Shown: piece by piece, positions 9,447-18,750 of the stretch | Numbering within the stretch: the first letter of the stretch is position 1 | Layout of the letters: each line of letters starts with the position of its first letter | Made by a program: the position numbers and the translations under genes | NCBI GenBank assembly: GCA_016182095.1 | Contig: JACOXY010000010.1 | Location: forward strand, 334-64,333 | Direction of reading: 5' to 3' | DNA: 64,000 bases | From: Candidatus Liptonbacteria bacterium | GTDB taxonomy: Bacteria > Patescibacteriota > Minisyncoccia > UBA6257 > JACOXY01 | The notes under the pieces: generated by a model | The model's database searches: none | What the model was told of the DNA's origin: nothing | Seen by the model: only the letters and a program-made list of their open reading frames with translations

Positions 9447-10793
9447 ATGCCTTTTACTCTAACTCGCAACCGCATCATCATCATATTTTTAGTACTTGCT
9501 TTAATTGCCGGGGTTTTTATTGCGGTGCTTCTGGGCAAAAGAATTTTTGTGGGTAAAGCTACTGTGTCTTTAACGGTTTGGGGGGTTTTTGATGACAATA
9601 AGGCGATGGAAAAGGCGATCGCGCTTTACAAAAGCGAAAATCGCAACTTAAGCATCCAGTATGTAAACAAAGCATACGCGCTTGACGACGCCGAAAGTTA
9701 TGAAAAAGAACTTTTGGATGCCCTGGCATCCGGTAAAGGACCGGACATTTTTATGTTTCACAACACTTGGCTTCCAAAACATATTGAAAAAATTGCTCCG
9801 CTTAACGAAGAATTGCAAACCGCGCTCAATTTCCCGTTTGTTAATTATCGTGATGCCTTTCCCAAAGTAATTGAGCAGGATTTCGTGCGCGGCACCACAA
9901 TTTACGCAAGCCCCCTGTATCTGGATACTCTGGCTCTTTTTTACAACAAAGATTTTTTTGATAAAAGGGGCGTGGCGCTTTTGCCCGCCACCTGGGGCGA
10001 ATTTGAAAGCTTGGTTAATAAGATAAAAGAGGTGGATGCTGGCACAAATAACATCACAAAAGCCGGCGCGGCCATAGGCGGCTCGGAAAAAAGCATTAAC
10101 AGAGCCACTGATCTTTTGAGTCTCATGATGCTACAGCGAGGCGTAAAATTCACCGATAGCTCCTTCGGCAGGGCCACATTTGCGAGCATTGGCGGCGAAT
10201 CCGGGTCTAGACCGGGATTGGAAGCGCTTAAATTTTATACCCAGTTTGCAAATCCAAACTCACCTCTTTATACCTGGAATGAGCGCCTGCATTATTCCAT
10301 TGATAGTTTCGCATCAGGAGATACCGCCGCTATCTTCAACTACGCCCACCAAATCCCGGTTATTAAATCCAAAAATCCATTCCTTAATTTTGGCGTCTCG
10401 TCTATGCCACAATTAGCCGGCGCCCCAAATCCCGTAAACTATGCCAACTATTGGGGCCTCGCGGTTTCTAACCAAAGCAAAAATATTCCTTGGGCGTGGC
10501 AATTCATCTTGTCCGCCACTACTAAAGAAAAAATCGCGGGAAGTTATGCCGAAAAGGCGGGAAAGCCGCCGGCGCTACGCACACTAATAGACAAGAGCCG
10601 CAACGATCCCGAGCTTGGAGTTTTCGTGAAGCAAGCGCTAACGGCCAGTTCCTGGCCGCAGATAGACAATGTCCTCGTGGAAACCGCCTTTTCCGACATG
10701 ATAGACGCCGTGGTGCGCGGCCAGCTTACACCCGAAGTGGCGCTAAACAAGGCGGCCGACGAAATATCGGCAGTAATGAGAAAAAAACAGTAA
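9447..10793 (+). CDS. Membrane-anchored extracellular solute-binding protein, family 1
   Basis: N-terminal TM; ALASGKGPDIF, LALFYNKDFF, PATWGEF, FASGDTAAIF, YANYWGLAVS. Confidence 0.85.
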   Translation: MPFTLTRNRIIIIFLVLALIAGVFIAVLLGKRIFVGKATVSLTVWGVFDDNKAMEKAIALYKSENRNLSIQYVNKAYALDDAESYEKELLDALASGKGPDIFMFHNTWLPKHIEKIAPLNEELQTALNFPFVNYRDAFPKVIEQDFVRGTTIYASPLYLDTLALFYNKDFFDKRGVALLPATWGEFESLVNKIKEVDAGTNNITKAGAAIGGSEKSINRATDLLSLMMLQRGVKFTDSSFGRATFASIGGESGSRPGLEALKFYTQFANPNSPLYTWNERLHYSIDSFASGDTAAIFNYAHQIPVIKSKNPFLNFGVSSMPQLAGAPNPVNYANYWGLAVSNQSKNIPWAWQFILSATTKEKIAGSYAEKAGKPPALRTLIDKSRNDPELGVFVKQALTASSWPQIDNVLVETAFSDMIDAVVRGQLTPEVALNKAADEISAVMRKKQ

Positions 10794-10805
10794 ACTATTA
10801 TTCTG

Positions 10806-11699
10806 ATGAAAAAAACTTATCGCTTTAAATTAGCTCTTATTCTATTGGTTTTGGCAGTCATCCCAATTCTCGCAAACGCCCAATCCATCATAAATCCCGA
10901 CGAGTGTTCAGGAATTTTTGATTTCATCCCGGCCGATAAAGCCAGATACTGCACTCTGTGCGACGGACTGCAAGCGGTAAAAAATGGATTGCTACTGCTT
11001 TTGAAAATTGGTGTGGGGCTCGCCGTGATAATCATTGCTTACGGCGGAGTGCTTATTATGGTTTCGGGCGCAAGTCCCGGCAAATTTGAGCAAGGCAAAA
11101 AAGCGATTATTGGTTCCGTGGTTGGGGTCGCGATCGGCGCTATGGCATGGATCATCATCAATCAAATTTTCTTCATCTTTGTAACGCAAAGCGTAACTCT
11201 GCGTCCCTGGAACGATATCCCCTGTCCCCAAGAACCGCCGAGATTTGGAGCATCATTGGGAGGCACTGGCGGCCCTGGGGGCACTGGCGGCACAGGTGGA
11301 ACAGGCGGTACGGGCGGCACAGGAGTATCTGTAACTGACAACGCCAGAGTAAAAGCTCTATTAGACCCCAGTATTCGATATAACAATAATTCATGCCCAC
11401 CAACCTGTGTGGGGGGATTGCCACAAACCACCATAGATAAGTTAAACACGCTACAGGCGCAGTGCGGGTGCGTTGAAATTACCGGCGGCACAGAACCAGG
11501 CCACGCCTCTCATGGACCAGGCCTTGCTGTCGTTGATATTCGTTACAATCAAAGGGCAATTGATGGTTTGCGAAACATGGGCTACTCCGAAAGCAACTTT
11601 GGAACTGGCTACACCTGTGAACCGGCAGGAGGGAATACTGGCGGAACAAGGGTTCTGTGCAACAGCGGGCGCGCGGATAAAATGCATGTGGAGTTCTAG
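10806..11699 (+). CDS. TrbC/VirB2-like pilin fused via Gly-Thr linker to a putative M15-like Zn peptidase domain
   Basis: Signal peptide; AVIIIAYGGVLIMVSGASPGKFEQGKKAIIGSVVG pilin hairpin; (GGT)n; ITGGTEPGHASHGPGLAVVD...HVEF. Confidence 0.7.
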   Translation: MKKTYRFKLALILLVLAVIPILANAQSIINPDECSGIFDFIPADKARYCTLCDGLQAVKNGLLLLLKIGVGLAVIIIAYGGVLIMVSGASPGKFEQGKKAIIGSVVGVAIGAMAWIIINQIFFIFVTQSVTLRPWNDIPCPQEPPRFGASLGGTGGPGGTGGTGGTGGTGGTGVSVTDNARVKALLDPSIRYNNNSCPPTCVGGLPQTTIDKLNTLQAQCGCVEITGGTEPGHASHGPGLAVVDIRYNQRAIDGLRNMGYSESNFGTGYTCEPAGGNTGGTRVLCNSGRADKMHVEF

Positions 11700-11976
11700 A
11701 ACCCATCTCAAAAGTATATTCAAGCCGCGTTCTTAGCAATTTTTCAGGTATCCGCAAGGCACGACGAGGAAGGTGTAGCCTATGCGCTACTCCGACGAGG
11801 AGTAACGAAGCGGAACCTGAAAAATTGCAAGAACCCATTCGGGATACGGCCAATTTCTGTCTGATACTTTGTCGCTTCGGGCTTAATGTATCTAAAGATA
11901 CACCTTCGCCCTTGCTCCTCGTACAGACAGAAATTGGCCTGTATCGCGGCCGAAGATACTTTTGAGATGGGTTCTA
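11697..11976. mobile_element. 280-bp MITE-like structured element, family B
   Basis: Perfect 21-bp TIR TAGAACCCATCTCAAAAGTAT / ATACTTTTGAGATGGGTTCTA; two long internal hairpins; left TAG is the pilin stop codon. Confidence 0.8.
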
Positions 11977-11994
11977 ATTTGATACAATATAAAA

Positions 11995-12513
11995 GTGATA
12001 AGTAATATAAATTTTAAAAACTTTCTTCTTTTGGCCGTTTTTTCTTCTTGGTTATTTTACGCGTTGTTTTTCAGCGCCGCACTGCAGGTGTTCGCCGCCT
12101 GCACCACCAATGCTGACGGAACTATAAGCTGTGACACACCAGGCGAGGTCCCGTCTGGCGCGACAAATTGCACATCAAATGCCACGGGGGGCGTCACCTG
12201 TGGCACTGCGGGGAGCACAGGGAATAATTCGGGTAGTCAAGGACAGGGCACAAGCAGGGTTACGATTGACCCCCCATTCTCGGGAACTCTCTTGCAGGTT
12301 TTGGAGCGCATTGCCAACTTTCTTATCTTAATCGGCGCGCCCATCGCCACCATCATGATTCTTTATGGTGCGTTTCAAATTTTGACAGCCGGCGCCAAAT
12401 CTGAACAGTTCACTAAAGGCAAAAATACTATTATTTACGCGGCGGTCGGCTACGGCATCATAATAATCGCCAGAGGAATCACGTCCATTGTGGTAGATCT
12501 GATTACGGGATGA
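11995..12513 (+). CDS. TrbC/VirB2-like pilin with small Cys-rich N-terminal domain
   Basis: IATIMILYGAFQILTAGAKSEQFTKGKNTIIYAAVG; CTTNADGTISC / CTSNATGGVTC repeat. Confidence 0.8.
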   Translation: MISNINFKNFLLLAVFSSWLFYALFFSAALQVFAACTTNADGTISCDTPGEVPSGATNCTSNATGGVTCGTAGSTGNNSGSQGQGTSRVTIDPPFSGTLLQVLERIANFLILIGAPIATIMILYGAFQILTAGAKSEQFTKGKNTIIYAAVGYGIIIIARGITSIVVDLITG

Positions 12514-12522
12514 TTGCTGCTG

Positions 12523-12609
12523 CAAGTATCATGTATCAGGTATCAAGTGAGTGAAATTAATTTTAATTTACTCATTGTACATGACACATGACACATGACA
12601 CATGACACA
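12523..12609. repeat. Pair of 7-nt tandem arms (GTATCAT-type / ACATGAC x4)
   Basis: CAAGTATCATGTATCAGGTATCAAGT...ACATGACACATGACACATGACACATGACAC; last unit gives ATG 12602. Confidence 0.8.
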
Positions 12610-12928
12610 ATTCAAATATCTCGCTCAATCCGCCGTTTCTCCTACCAATGACTTATCGGGAATCCCAATCGTGAACCTTGACTCCGATGATGTGTACAGA
12701 ATTTTGATAGATTTCGCGAATTGGATGTTTATCGTTTTTGTGCTCGTGTTTGTAGTGCTGGTTCTTTTCGCCGCTTTTAGATTCCTTACCGCTTCCGGAA
12801 ATGAAAGTAAAATTAAAGATGCTTATAAGGCATTTTGGTTTGCCATAGTGGCGCTAGTTATAGCTCTACTTGCGACAGGAATAGTAGCGTTAGTAAACCA
12901 GCTTATTTATGGGAGTAGGGGGGGGTAG
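12602..12928 (+). CDS. TrbC/VirB2-like pilin ending at a G8 tract; frameshifted extension to 13083
   Basis: VLFAAFRFLTASGNESKIKDAYKAFWFAIVA; ends AGT AGG GGG GGG TAG. Confidence 0.8.
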   Translation: MTQFKYLAQSAVSPTNDLSGIPIVNLDSDDVYRILIDFANWMFIVFVLVFVVLVLFAAFRFLTASGNESKIKDAYKAFWFAIVALVIALLATGIVALVNQLIYGSRGG

Positions 12929-13155
12929 GCCAACCAGAATTAAGGTGGGCCTGCTATGACCCAGAAACAGGAAAGGCTATTGGCGGCGCGATTGGAGAAG
13001 CGGGATTGGATAACTGCAACGCCAATTGCCCAAGAGACTGCGCTTTATGTGAACCAGACGGAGGAGTCGATTGTGAAAATTAGAATTTGCTTAATATGTT
13101 ATAATATAGATAACATTAAACATGAAAGGTCGGATTTAATAATGAAATGTAAAAT

Positions 13156-13518
13156 ATGAAGAGTCTTAAAGCAAATATCGTGACGGGCCTTGCTGCTGGT
13201 TTAGCGGCGTTCCCGGCGCTTGCGGGCGCGCAGGTAGATAGTTTCGGCGCCATAGTCAATGTAATTCAAAGAGCGATTTCCTGGATATTCGCGCTATTTA
13301 TACTTTTGGCGGTTGTTTTCGTTCTTTACGCCGCTTTTAAGTATTTGACTTCAAGAGGCGATTCAGGAAAGGTTGGCGAAGCAAGCCAGGCGCTAATTTA
13401 CGCGGCAGTTGCAATCGGCGTGGCGCTCATTGCGGCGTCCATCCAATTCATAGTCGCGGAGCTCTTGGGATTAAATTCCGTAGAATTAGTAATTCCTGAC
13501 CCGTTTTTTATCCAATAA
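13156..13518 (+). CDS. TrbC/VirB2-like pilin
   Basis: Signal peptide; AVVFVLYAAFKYLTSRGDSGKVGEASQALIYAAVA. Confidence 0.85.
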   Translation: MKSLKANIVTGLAAGLAAFPALAGAQVDSFGAIVNVIQRAISWIFALFILLAVVFVLYAAFKYLTSRGDSGKVGEASQALIYAAVAIGVALIAASIQFIVAELLGLNSVELVIPDPFFIQ

Positions 13519-13550
13519 AAAACGCCCTGCGTCCCTAGGGCGAAGGCGTT

Positions 13551-13582
13551 ACCGAGCGCATAACACATGTTATGTGCTCGGT
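13551..13582. terminator. Hairpin between convergent genes
   Basis: ACCGAGCGCATAACA...TGTTATGTGCTCGGT followed by T-rich tract. Confidence 0.55.
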
Positions 13583-13598
13583 TTTGTTTTTATCGGTA

Positions 13599-14132
13599 TC
13601 AATATATCATCCGAAGATCCAGGGATCCCTCTCCCCAAACTTCCCAAGTCCCGACAATTAAGTCCAGCTTGTCTCCAGTTCCGAAAAACTTTGTGTAAAC
13701 TCCATTATATCGGACGCAAAGATATCTTGTATAGAACCAATTAATATCCCCGCCGGAAATCTTGATTCTTACGGGCTTTACCCCGGCTAAATTGGATGCA
13801 GAGCAAGCGCGCTCACCCATAGGCCCAATTTCTAACTTCACATTATCTCCGGTTGCCACATTGGCGATAAGACATCCAGTTTCAGAAAGATCGTGCACAA
13901 CATCCGATCCGGAAACGCTTGGACATGGCACTACCACTTTGATTACAGATTTTTCGGCATCCGTTCCAGAATTTTGCCTTCCATTACCGCATCCCTTTGC
14001 GATCAGAAGTAAGGAAACTCCGAGGAAAAGAAGTGATTTCCAGGCAAACCCAAGCCATGGAGCTAACTTCAGCCAAATTGCTCCCGGAGTTATTGGCTGT
14101 GTCCCCGAGCCGCTTCTACTTACGTCAGCCAT
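13599..14132 (-). CDS. Hypothetical membrane-anchored protein
   Basis: 177-aa ORF overlapping the end of 14125..15297; hydrophobic N-terminus. Confidence 0.6.
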   Translation of the reverse strand: MADVSRSGSGTQPITPGAIWLKLAPWLGFAWKSLLFLGVSLLLIAKGCGNGRQNSGTDAEKSVIKVVVPCPSVSGSDVVHDLSETGCLIANVATGDNVKLEIGPMGERACSASNLAGVKPVRIKISGGDINWFYTRYLCVRYNGVYTKFFGTGDKLDLIVGTWEVWGEGSLDLRMIY

Positions 14133-15297
14133 TTTTTTTCACTCCTTCCTGTGTCTGCGGATTGCCTTTTATAGCCCTTGCTATCCCCTCAATTATTATC
14201 GGGATTGCATTCAGAAGGCCCTCCGAAGCAGAATATTCAGTGGCGTTGATAATTTTGGTAATTTTGCCTCTTTCTATATGGAGAATGTTCGCGGCAGTTT
14301 CTTTTTTAACTTCCAAATCCATGGCTGTTTCTTTTATTGCTCCTCTTGCAAATTTCATTTCTATTGCATCGGCTTCTTTTTCCTCTTGCTCAATCGCCTT
14401 TTTCTGAATGGCCTTTACCATTTCTGGGTCTGTCGGCATTACTTCACCGATATTTAGCCGGCAGAGAATAACTCCCAATCCGCGTTTCTTGTGCTCGCCG
14501 CGCCCATCTCTGGTTTCTTGAATGGCCTTACGGCGCTCCTCTATCTGCTGCTTCAGAGAAGCGAATTCTTCGTCTGTTAGCTTGTCAATAATCTTATCAA
14601 GCTTTTCCCACTCCGATGCTTCTTTGTTGTTGGGGTCTTCCCTGCCCCAGGCTTTAGCCTCGCATTCACTTGGCGACTTACGCGGCACGTTGGAGTACTT
14701 TAAGAGAACAGAGGTTGGCACAGGAAATGGCTCCCCAGAAGTTCCCAGACAAACCTGGGAAACGTCTTCCCTGTCTACAATCGCCCTAAAAAGCACCCAG
14801 GACATTTCTTCCTGAATACCCTGTGCCTCTCTATACTTGTGCGGACCCTTTTCTTTGGAACTCAAGAACTCCCTGCCGCGCTCCGTAATTATTTCATGAA
14901 TCTGGCCCTTAACTCCCGCTTCGCAGCCGCTTTCAATAAAACGTCTAATGGCTTCAGGATCTTTTTTATCCAAAAGGAGTGTCCACCCAAGCGATTGCTT
15001 CACCGGTGTTCCATCGGGCAGAATTACCTCTATTTCATTTTTATCGCCAAACTTGCCCGCGGGGATAGGAATAAATCCCCACAATAGCGGAAAGCCCAAA
15101 AAAAAGTGCATCCCGGGCTCAATCGGCTCTTTGTCATACTGCGGCCTACCCAAAAAAGTGGGCACGCCTATATATGGCGGACTTTTTTCGGAACCCGCAG
15201 GTATCTCTTGCCATCCTTGTAAAATGATGTAGGCAACTCCTTGAACCAAAAGCGCGATAATTCCCAATGATATTAAGAACCACGCCATGGATAACAT
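14125..15297 (-). CDS. SPFH/band-7-like membrane protein
   Basis: N-terminal TM; GVPTFLGR..PGMHFF; LGVILCRLNIGEV followed by Ala/Glu-rich coiled coil. Confidence 0.55.
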   Translation of the reverse strand: MLSMAWFLISLGIIALLVQGVAYIILQGWQEIPAGSEKSPPYIGVPTFLGRPQYDKEPIEPGMHFFLGFPLLWGFIPIPAGKFGDKNEIEVILPDGTPVKQSLGWTLLLDKKDPEAIRRFIESGCEAGVKGQIHEIITERGREFLSSKEKGPHKYREAQGIQEEMSWVLFRAIVDREDVSQVCLGTSGEPFPVPTSVLLKYSNVPRKSPSECEAKAWGREDPNNKEASEWEKLDKIIDKLTDEEFASLKQQIEERRKAIQETRDGRGEHKKRGLGVILCRLNIGEVMPTDPEMVKAIQKKAIEQEEKEADAIEMKFARGAIKETAMDLEVKKETAANILHIERGKITKIINATEYSASEGLLNAIPIIIEGIARAIKGNPQTQEGVKKNG

Positions 15298-15493
15298 TTT
15301 CCACCTGCCTTTCTTTCCGGCTGTATGTACTTGTCAGTTTCTGCGAGAATTCTACAATATAAATAAAGATTTGTCAAAAGCATTTTGGCTTGATATACTG
15401 GTCGTGGGTTTTGGCGCTCGGGTGGCGAAACCCCGTAAAAAATTGCTGCGCAATTTAACGGGGCAAGCCGGCAAGGCATATCTTGTGCAAAGC

Positions 15494-15577
15494 GCTGGGG
15501 TGGCGAAATGGCAGACGCACCAGCTTTAGGAGCTGGCGCCGCAAGGCGTGGAGGTTCAAATCCTCTCCCCAGCACCA
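15494..15577 (+). tRNA. tRNA-Leu(TAG)
   Basis: GCTGGGG acceptor, TGGCAGACGC D-arm, CCAGC-TTTAGGA-GCTGG anticodon arm, long variable arm, GGTTCAAATCC, CCCCAGCACCA end. Confidence 0.97.
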
Positions 15578-15889
15578 TTGAGGAAATTACAAGTTTTGAA
15601 GGTTCGCCTCGCTTCCTAGAGCGTCCGTGCGGACGCACGGAGTAGCTCGCTCGGCGACTAATTCGTATTGGATTTTCGGGGCAAAAACGAATTGGCGATT
15701 TTGAAAGAAGAAAAGAAAAATTTTTAATCATTGAATTCATAACTTTTAAGGTTTTAAGATAAGAAACGGCAGAGATGCTGATTTTTGGTTTTGAGCTTGA
15801 CATATGAGACCTATTATACTATGATTAAGCGAAATCCAAGCATGATGCTTGGATGAAATCAAGCAATTCCTTGAAAGGAGGATAGCGCA

Positions 15890-16519
15890 ATGCAAATGCT
15901 TCTGCTTTTCGGATTGCTGTTATTGAACTTCGGCATCAGTTGGTTCAACGCCTACTCGGTGGGCCGCTCGTGGGCGGACTCCAAGGCGATCGGTGGTTGG
16001 CCTCGCTTCATCACGTGGTGCGCGGCGATCATGTCGGCTGCTGGGTTCACCTGGTGTTATCTCATCGTGCTGGCGATGATCGCCGGAGCGACAGGCTTGC
16101 TCGCGCCCCAATACGTGCAGGCAGCTCTCGAAGTCAGCTACGTGATCATCATCTTGCCAGTTCTCGGTTCCGGCTTCGGAATCTGGATCGACTCCTTTAC
16201 CACTGCATGGCGGCGGCGCGACGCAGTGAGCATCGGAATCGCTGGCTGGAACACGTTCGCTCAAGTGCACAACACATACGAGGCCGTCAGCGCACTTCCC
16301 GATATATTCAAACATCTCGGCGATATCTTCGAGGGTGGCGGCAACGACGACGCGAAGGGTAAGGCTCTGCTTCTCGTGCTTCTGCTCGTGCTTCTCGCGC
16401 TGTGCGGCGGAGTGTTCACCACTGTCGCCATCGTGCGAACGACCGCTCGCAAGTACGCCCACGGCGTGCTCGGCAAGATGGGATCGGCTCGCGGCCGTCT
16501 GGCACGGGAGCGGGCGTAA
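15890..16519 (+). CDS. Hypothetical multi-TM membrane protein, GC-rich
   Basis: AAGGAGG RBS; several hydrophobic helices; hairpin plus T-run at ~16570-16615. Confidence 0.8.
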   Translation: MQMLLLFGLLLLNFGISWFNAYSVGRSWADSKAIGGWPRFITWCAAIMSAAGFTWCYLIVLAMIAGATGLLAPQYVQAALEVSYVIIILPVLGSGFGIWIDSFTTAWRRRDAVSIGIAGWNTFAQVHNTYEAVSALPDIFKHLGDIFEGGGNDDAKGKALLLVLLLVLLALCGGVFTTVAIVRTTARKYAHGVLGKMGSARGRLARERA

Positions 16520-16894
16520 CCTCCAAGTCGGGAGATGACCCCACGCGCAAAAGAAGTTTATCTCGTACTCGAGCCCCTTGCGAAACACGTTTTCGCTCGG
16601 GGCTCTTCTTTTTTCTAAAATCTCAATCATTGTAATTTTCATAAAAATTCTATATTATTTATGTATTCGTCTTGCGAATTCTGAATTGGTTGCCGCCAAA
16701 GAAAAATTGGAAATTGTTATCGGTGCGGCTTCGCCGCAAGTTCTGAATTTTTTTGCGGAGGGATTTCCTCGCCGCCGCAGGCGGCGAAATGCATTCGAAC
16801 TAATTCAAGAATACTGCACTTTGTGCGAGATGTTCTATTGTGGGGCGCTAGCGCCAACGCAAACATATTTGCTTGAGCCACAATCTAGACACAA

Positions 16895-17230
16895 ATGGAA
16901 AAACTTAAGAACAATACAGAACAAAAAGATGGCAAAGACATTACCGCTCTTTTATTGGAAAGCAATATTTCTCTAAACAAAATAATTCGCAACATGGAAA
17001 GCGTGGGCGAACTCCGAAGAGACACTCTTTTCAGCGTCAATGCAGACCTTACGGGAATTTCTGATGTAGTGAAAATGAGACACATCACCACTGGCCTCAA
17101 ATCTGCCCTCGAGAAATATGGTGAATATTTTGCGGATGTTCAAATCATTATTAGGCGTAGCCAGATGAACGATGCCGCAGTCGCCAACGCAGTCTATTCT
17201 TTTGCATCCAAGTATAAGATTATTGATTAG
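16895..17230 (+). CDS. Hypothetical protein
   Basis: 111-aa ORF convergent with the recombinase. Confidence 0.5.
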   Translation: MEKLKNNTEQKDGKDITALLLESNISLNKIIRNMESVGELRRDTLFSVNADLTGISDVVKMRHITTGLKSALEKYGEYFADVQIIIRRSQMNDAAVANAVYSFASKYKIID

Positions 17231-17251
17231 AGCGCCTCAAAATAATTGGCG

Positions 17252-18199
17252 CTATCTTCTCTTCCCATGGAAAGCTTTATGCACTTCTTTAAGGCCCTTG
17301 TTCGTGATGTGAGTATAAACTTGGGTGGTTGCGATATTCGCGTGCCCCAAAAGTTCCTGCACCGAGCGCAAGTCGGCTCCGTTTGTTAAGAGGTCGGTCG
17401 CGAAAAAATGCCTCAACATATGCGGAGTTATGCGATCTTGAACGCCAATTTGTTTGGCATAACCGTCAACCATTCTTTGGACCGCGCGAGATGTAATTCG
17501 CCCAATTACTTTTTCGCGCCTATTTGACCTATTAGACTCATTAGACTGGTGGGGCTTATTATTTTTATTCAGCGCCGGGTTGCCAGCGGCAAAACTTACA
17601 AACATCGCCTCTTCCGCGTCTTCCCTGCGATCAAGATAATTTTTAATTGCTTTTTTTGCTACATCCGCAAAAAAAACCACGCGAATTTTGTCTCCCTTGC
17701 CGCGCACACTTAACTCTCCGCGGTCTAAATTAATATAGCGGTTCAGGGCACACAATTCTGATAAGCGCAGCCCGGTAGAAAATAGTGTTTCCAAAATCGC
17801 CTTATCCCGCAAACCGCGAAGCGTTCCCGTGTCCGGCGCCCCCAAAAGAGATTTCAAATCCCGCTCGTCAGGAATATCAATTTGCCGCGATGGAGTCTTA
17901 GGAAGCTCAATTTTATCGGGAGATAAAACTTTTAAATCACGCTTGATTAAATACTTCAAAAAATTGCGAAGCGCTATTATATAATAAGCCTGGGTATTTT
18001 TTTTAATTTCTCTTCTCGCGAGCCAAAGTCTGAAGTTTCTGATTAGCTCTGCGTCTATATCTCTTACCGATTTTAGCTTGGACCACCCTAAAAAGATTTT
18101 TAGATATCGCCCATAATTTTCCTGTGTTTTTATGGATCGTCCTTTTTCAATCTCTAAATAATCCAGATATTCGTTTAGGTATTTCTCCGCTTCGTTCAT
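17252..18199 (-). CDS. Tyrosine recombinase XerC/XerD family
   Basis: RDKAILETLFSTGLRLSEL, VRGKGDKIR, TPHMLRHFFATDLL, VQELLGHANIATTQVY. Confidence 0.93.
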   Translation of the reverse strand: MNEAEKYLNEYLDYLEIEKGRSIKTQENYGRYLKIFLGWSKLKSVRDIDAELIRNFRLWLARREIKKNTQAYYIIALRNFLKYLIKRDLKVLSPDKIELPKTPSRQIDIPDERDLKSLLGAPDTGTLRGLRDKAILETLFSTGLRLSELCALNRYINLDRGELSVRGKGDKIRVVFFADVAKKAIKNYLDRREDAEEAMFVSFAAGNPALNKNNKPHQSNESNRSNRREKVIGRITSRAVQRMVDGYAKQIGVQDRITPHMLRHFFATDLLTNGADLRSVQELLGHANIATTQVYTHITNKGLKEVHKAFHGKRR

Positions 18200-18348
18200 A
18201 AGCTAATTATATCACAACATTGTGCGACAATTCATTTTAACCCCCAGCTATTGCGGAAAACTTGAATCTATGATAGAATGATTGAAAATTAAGTCGGGCT
18301 TTTTTATTTCGTAATTTCGTACTAATTTCGTAATTCGTTAGAGAAATC

Positions 18349-18615
18349 ATGTTAACTACTCGCAAAAAGCAGAATGTCATAAAAGAAATCCAGATACACG
18401 ATGCCGATACCGGCTCGGCAAACGTTCAAGTGGGACTCTTGAGCCGCCGGATTGATGAACTCTCGGGCCACCTAAAACAACACCCTAAAGATAATCATTC
18501 GAGGAGGGGTCTTTTGAAGATGGTCAATAAAAGAAGGAAGCTCCTAAAATATCTGGAAAAAAACGATGAAAAGAGTTATAATTCAATTATTAAAAAATTA
18601 GGCCTAAAAAAATAG
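18349..18615 (+). CDS. rpsO: 30S ribosomal protein S15
   Basis: DTGSANVQVGLL, HPKDNHSRRGLLKMVNKRRKLLKYL. Confidence 0.97.
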   Translation: MLTTRKKQNVIKEIQIHDADTGSANVQVGLLSRRIDELSGHLKQHPKDNHSRRGLLKMVNKRRKLLKYLEKNDEKSYNSIIKKLGLKK

Positions 18616-18616
18616 C

Positions 18617-18742
18617 ATGCGAACAGCGCTTAGCGAACGCGCCCATGCGAACTAAAAAATATACCGCGGACAATACGAATTGTATGCGAATGTTGCGAAT
18701 CAAGATTCGCAGTGTTCGCATGTGATTCGTTGGTTCGCATTA
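18617..18742. repeat. GCGAA/TTCGC degenerate tandem arms
   Basis: ATGCGAAC..GCGAAC..TACGAATTGTATGCGAATGTTGCGAAT then TTCGCAGTGTTCGCATGTGATTCGTTGGTTCGCAT; TTCGTA arm also at 18306..18340. Confidence 0.7.
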
Positions 18743-18750
18743 CCAAACGA

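Noticed and set aside
11258-11325. 9-nt tandem repeat as a DNA element
   Set aside because: Varies at synonymous positions, so it reflects a Gly-Gly-Thr protein linker
12956-13159. 67-aa ORF as a gene
   Set aside because: Another frame of this DNA encodes the Cys-rich module homologous to 33043..33186
13762-14457. 231-aa plus-strand ORF
   Set aside because: Antisense to two coupled minus-strand genes; no recognisable features
15804-15814. ATGAGACCTAT shared with 55009..55019
   Set aside because: An 11-nt match without extended similarity is compatible with chance in 64 kb
15920-16642. 240-aa minus-strand ORF
   Set aside because: Shadow of 15890..16519, which has RBS, TM helices and terminator
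17252-18199. Prophage or ICE integrase near tRNA-Leu
   Set aside because: XerC/D-type sequence with native composition next to rpsO; no phage genes or tRNA 3'-end duplication seen
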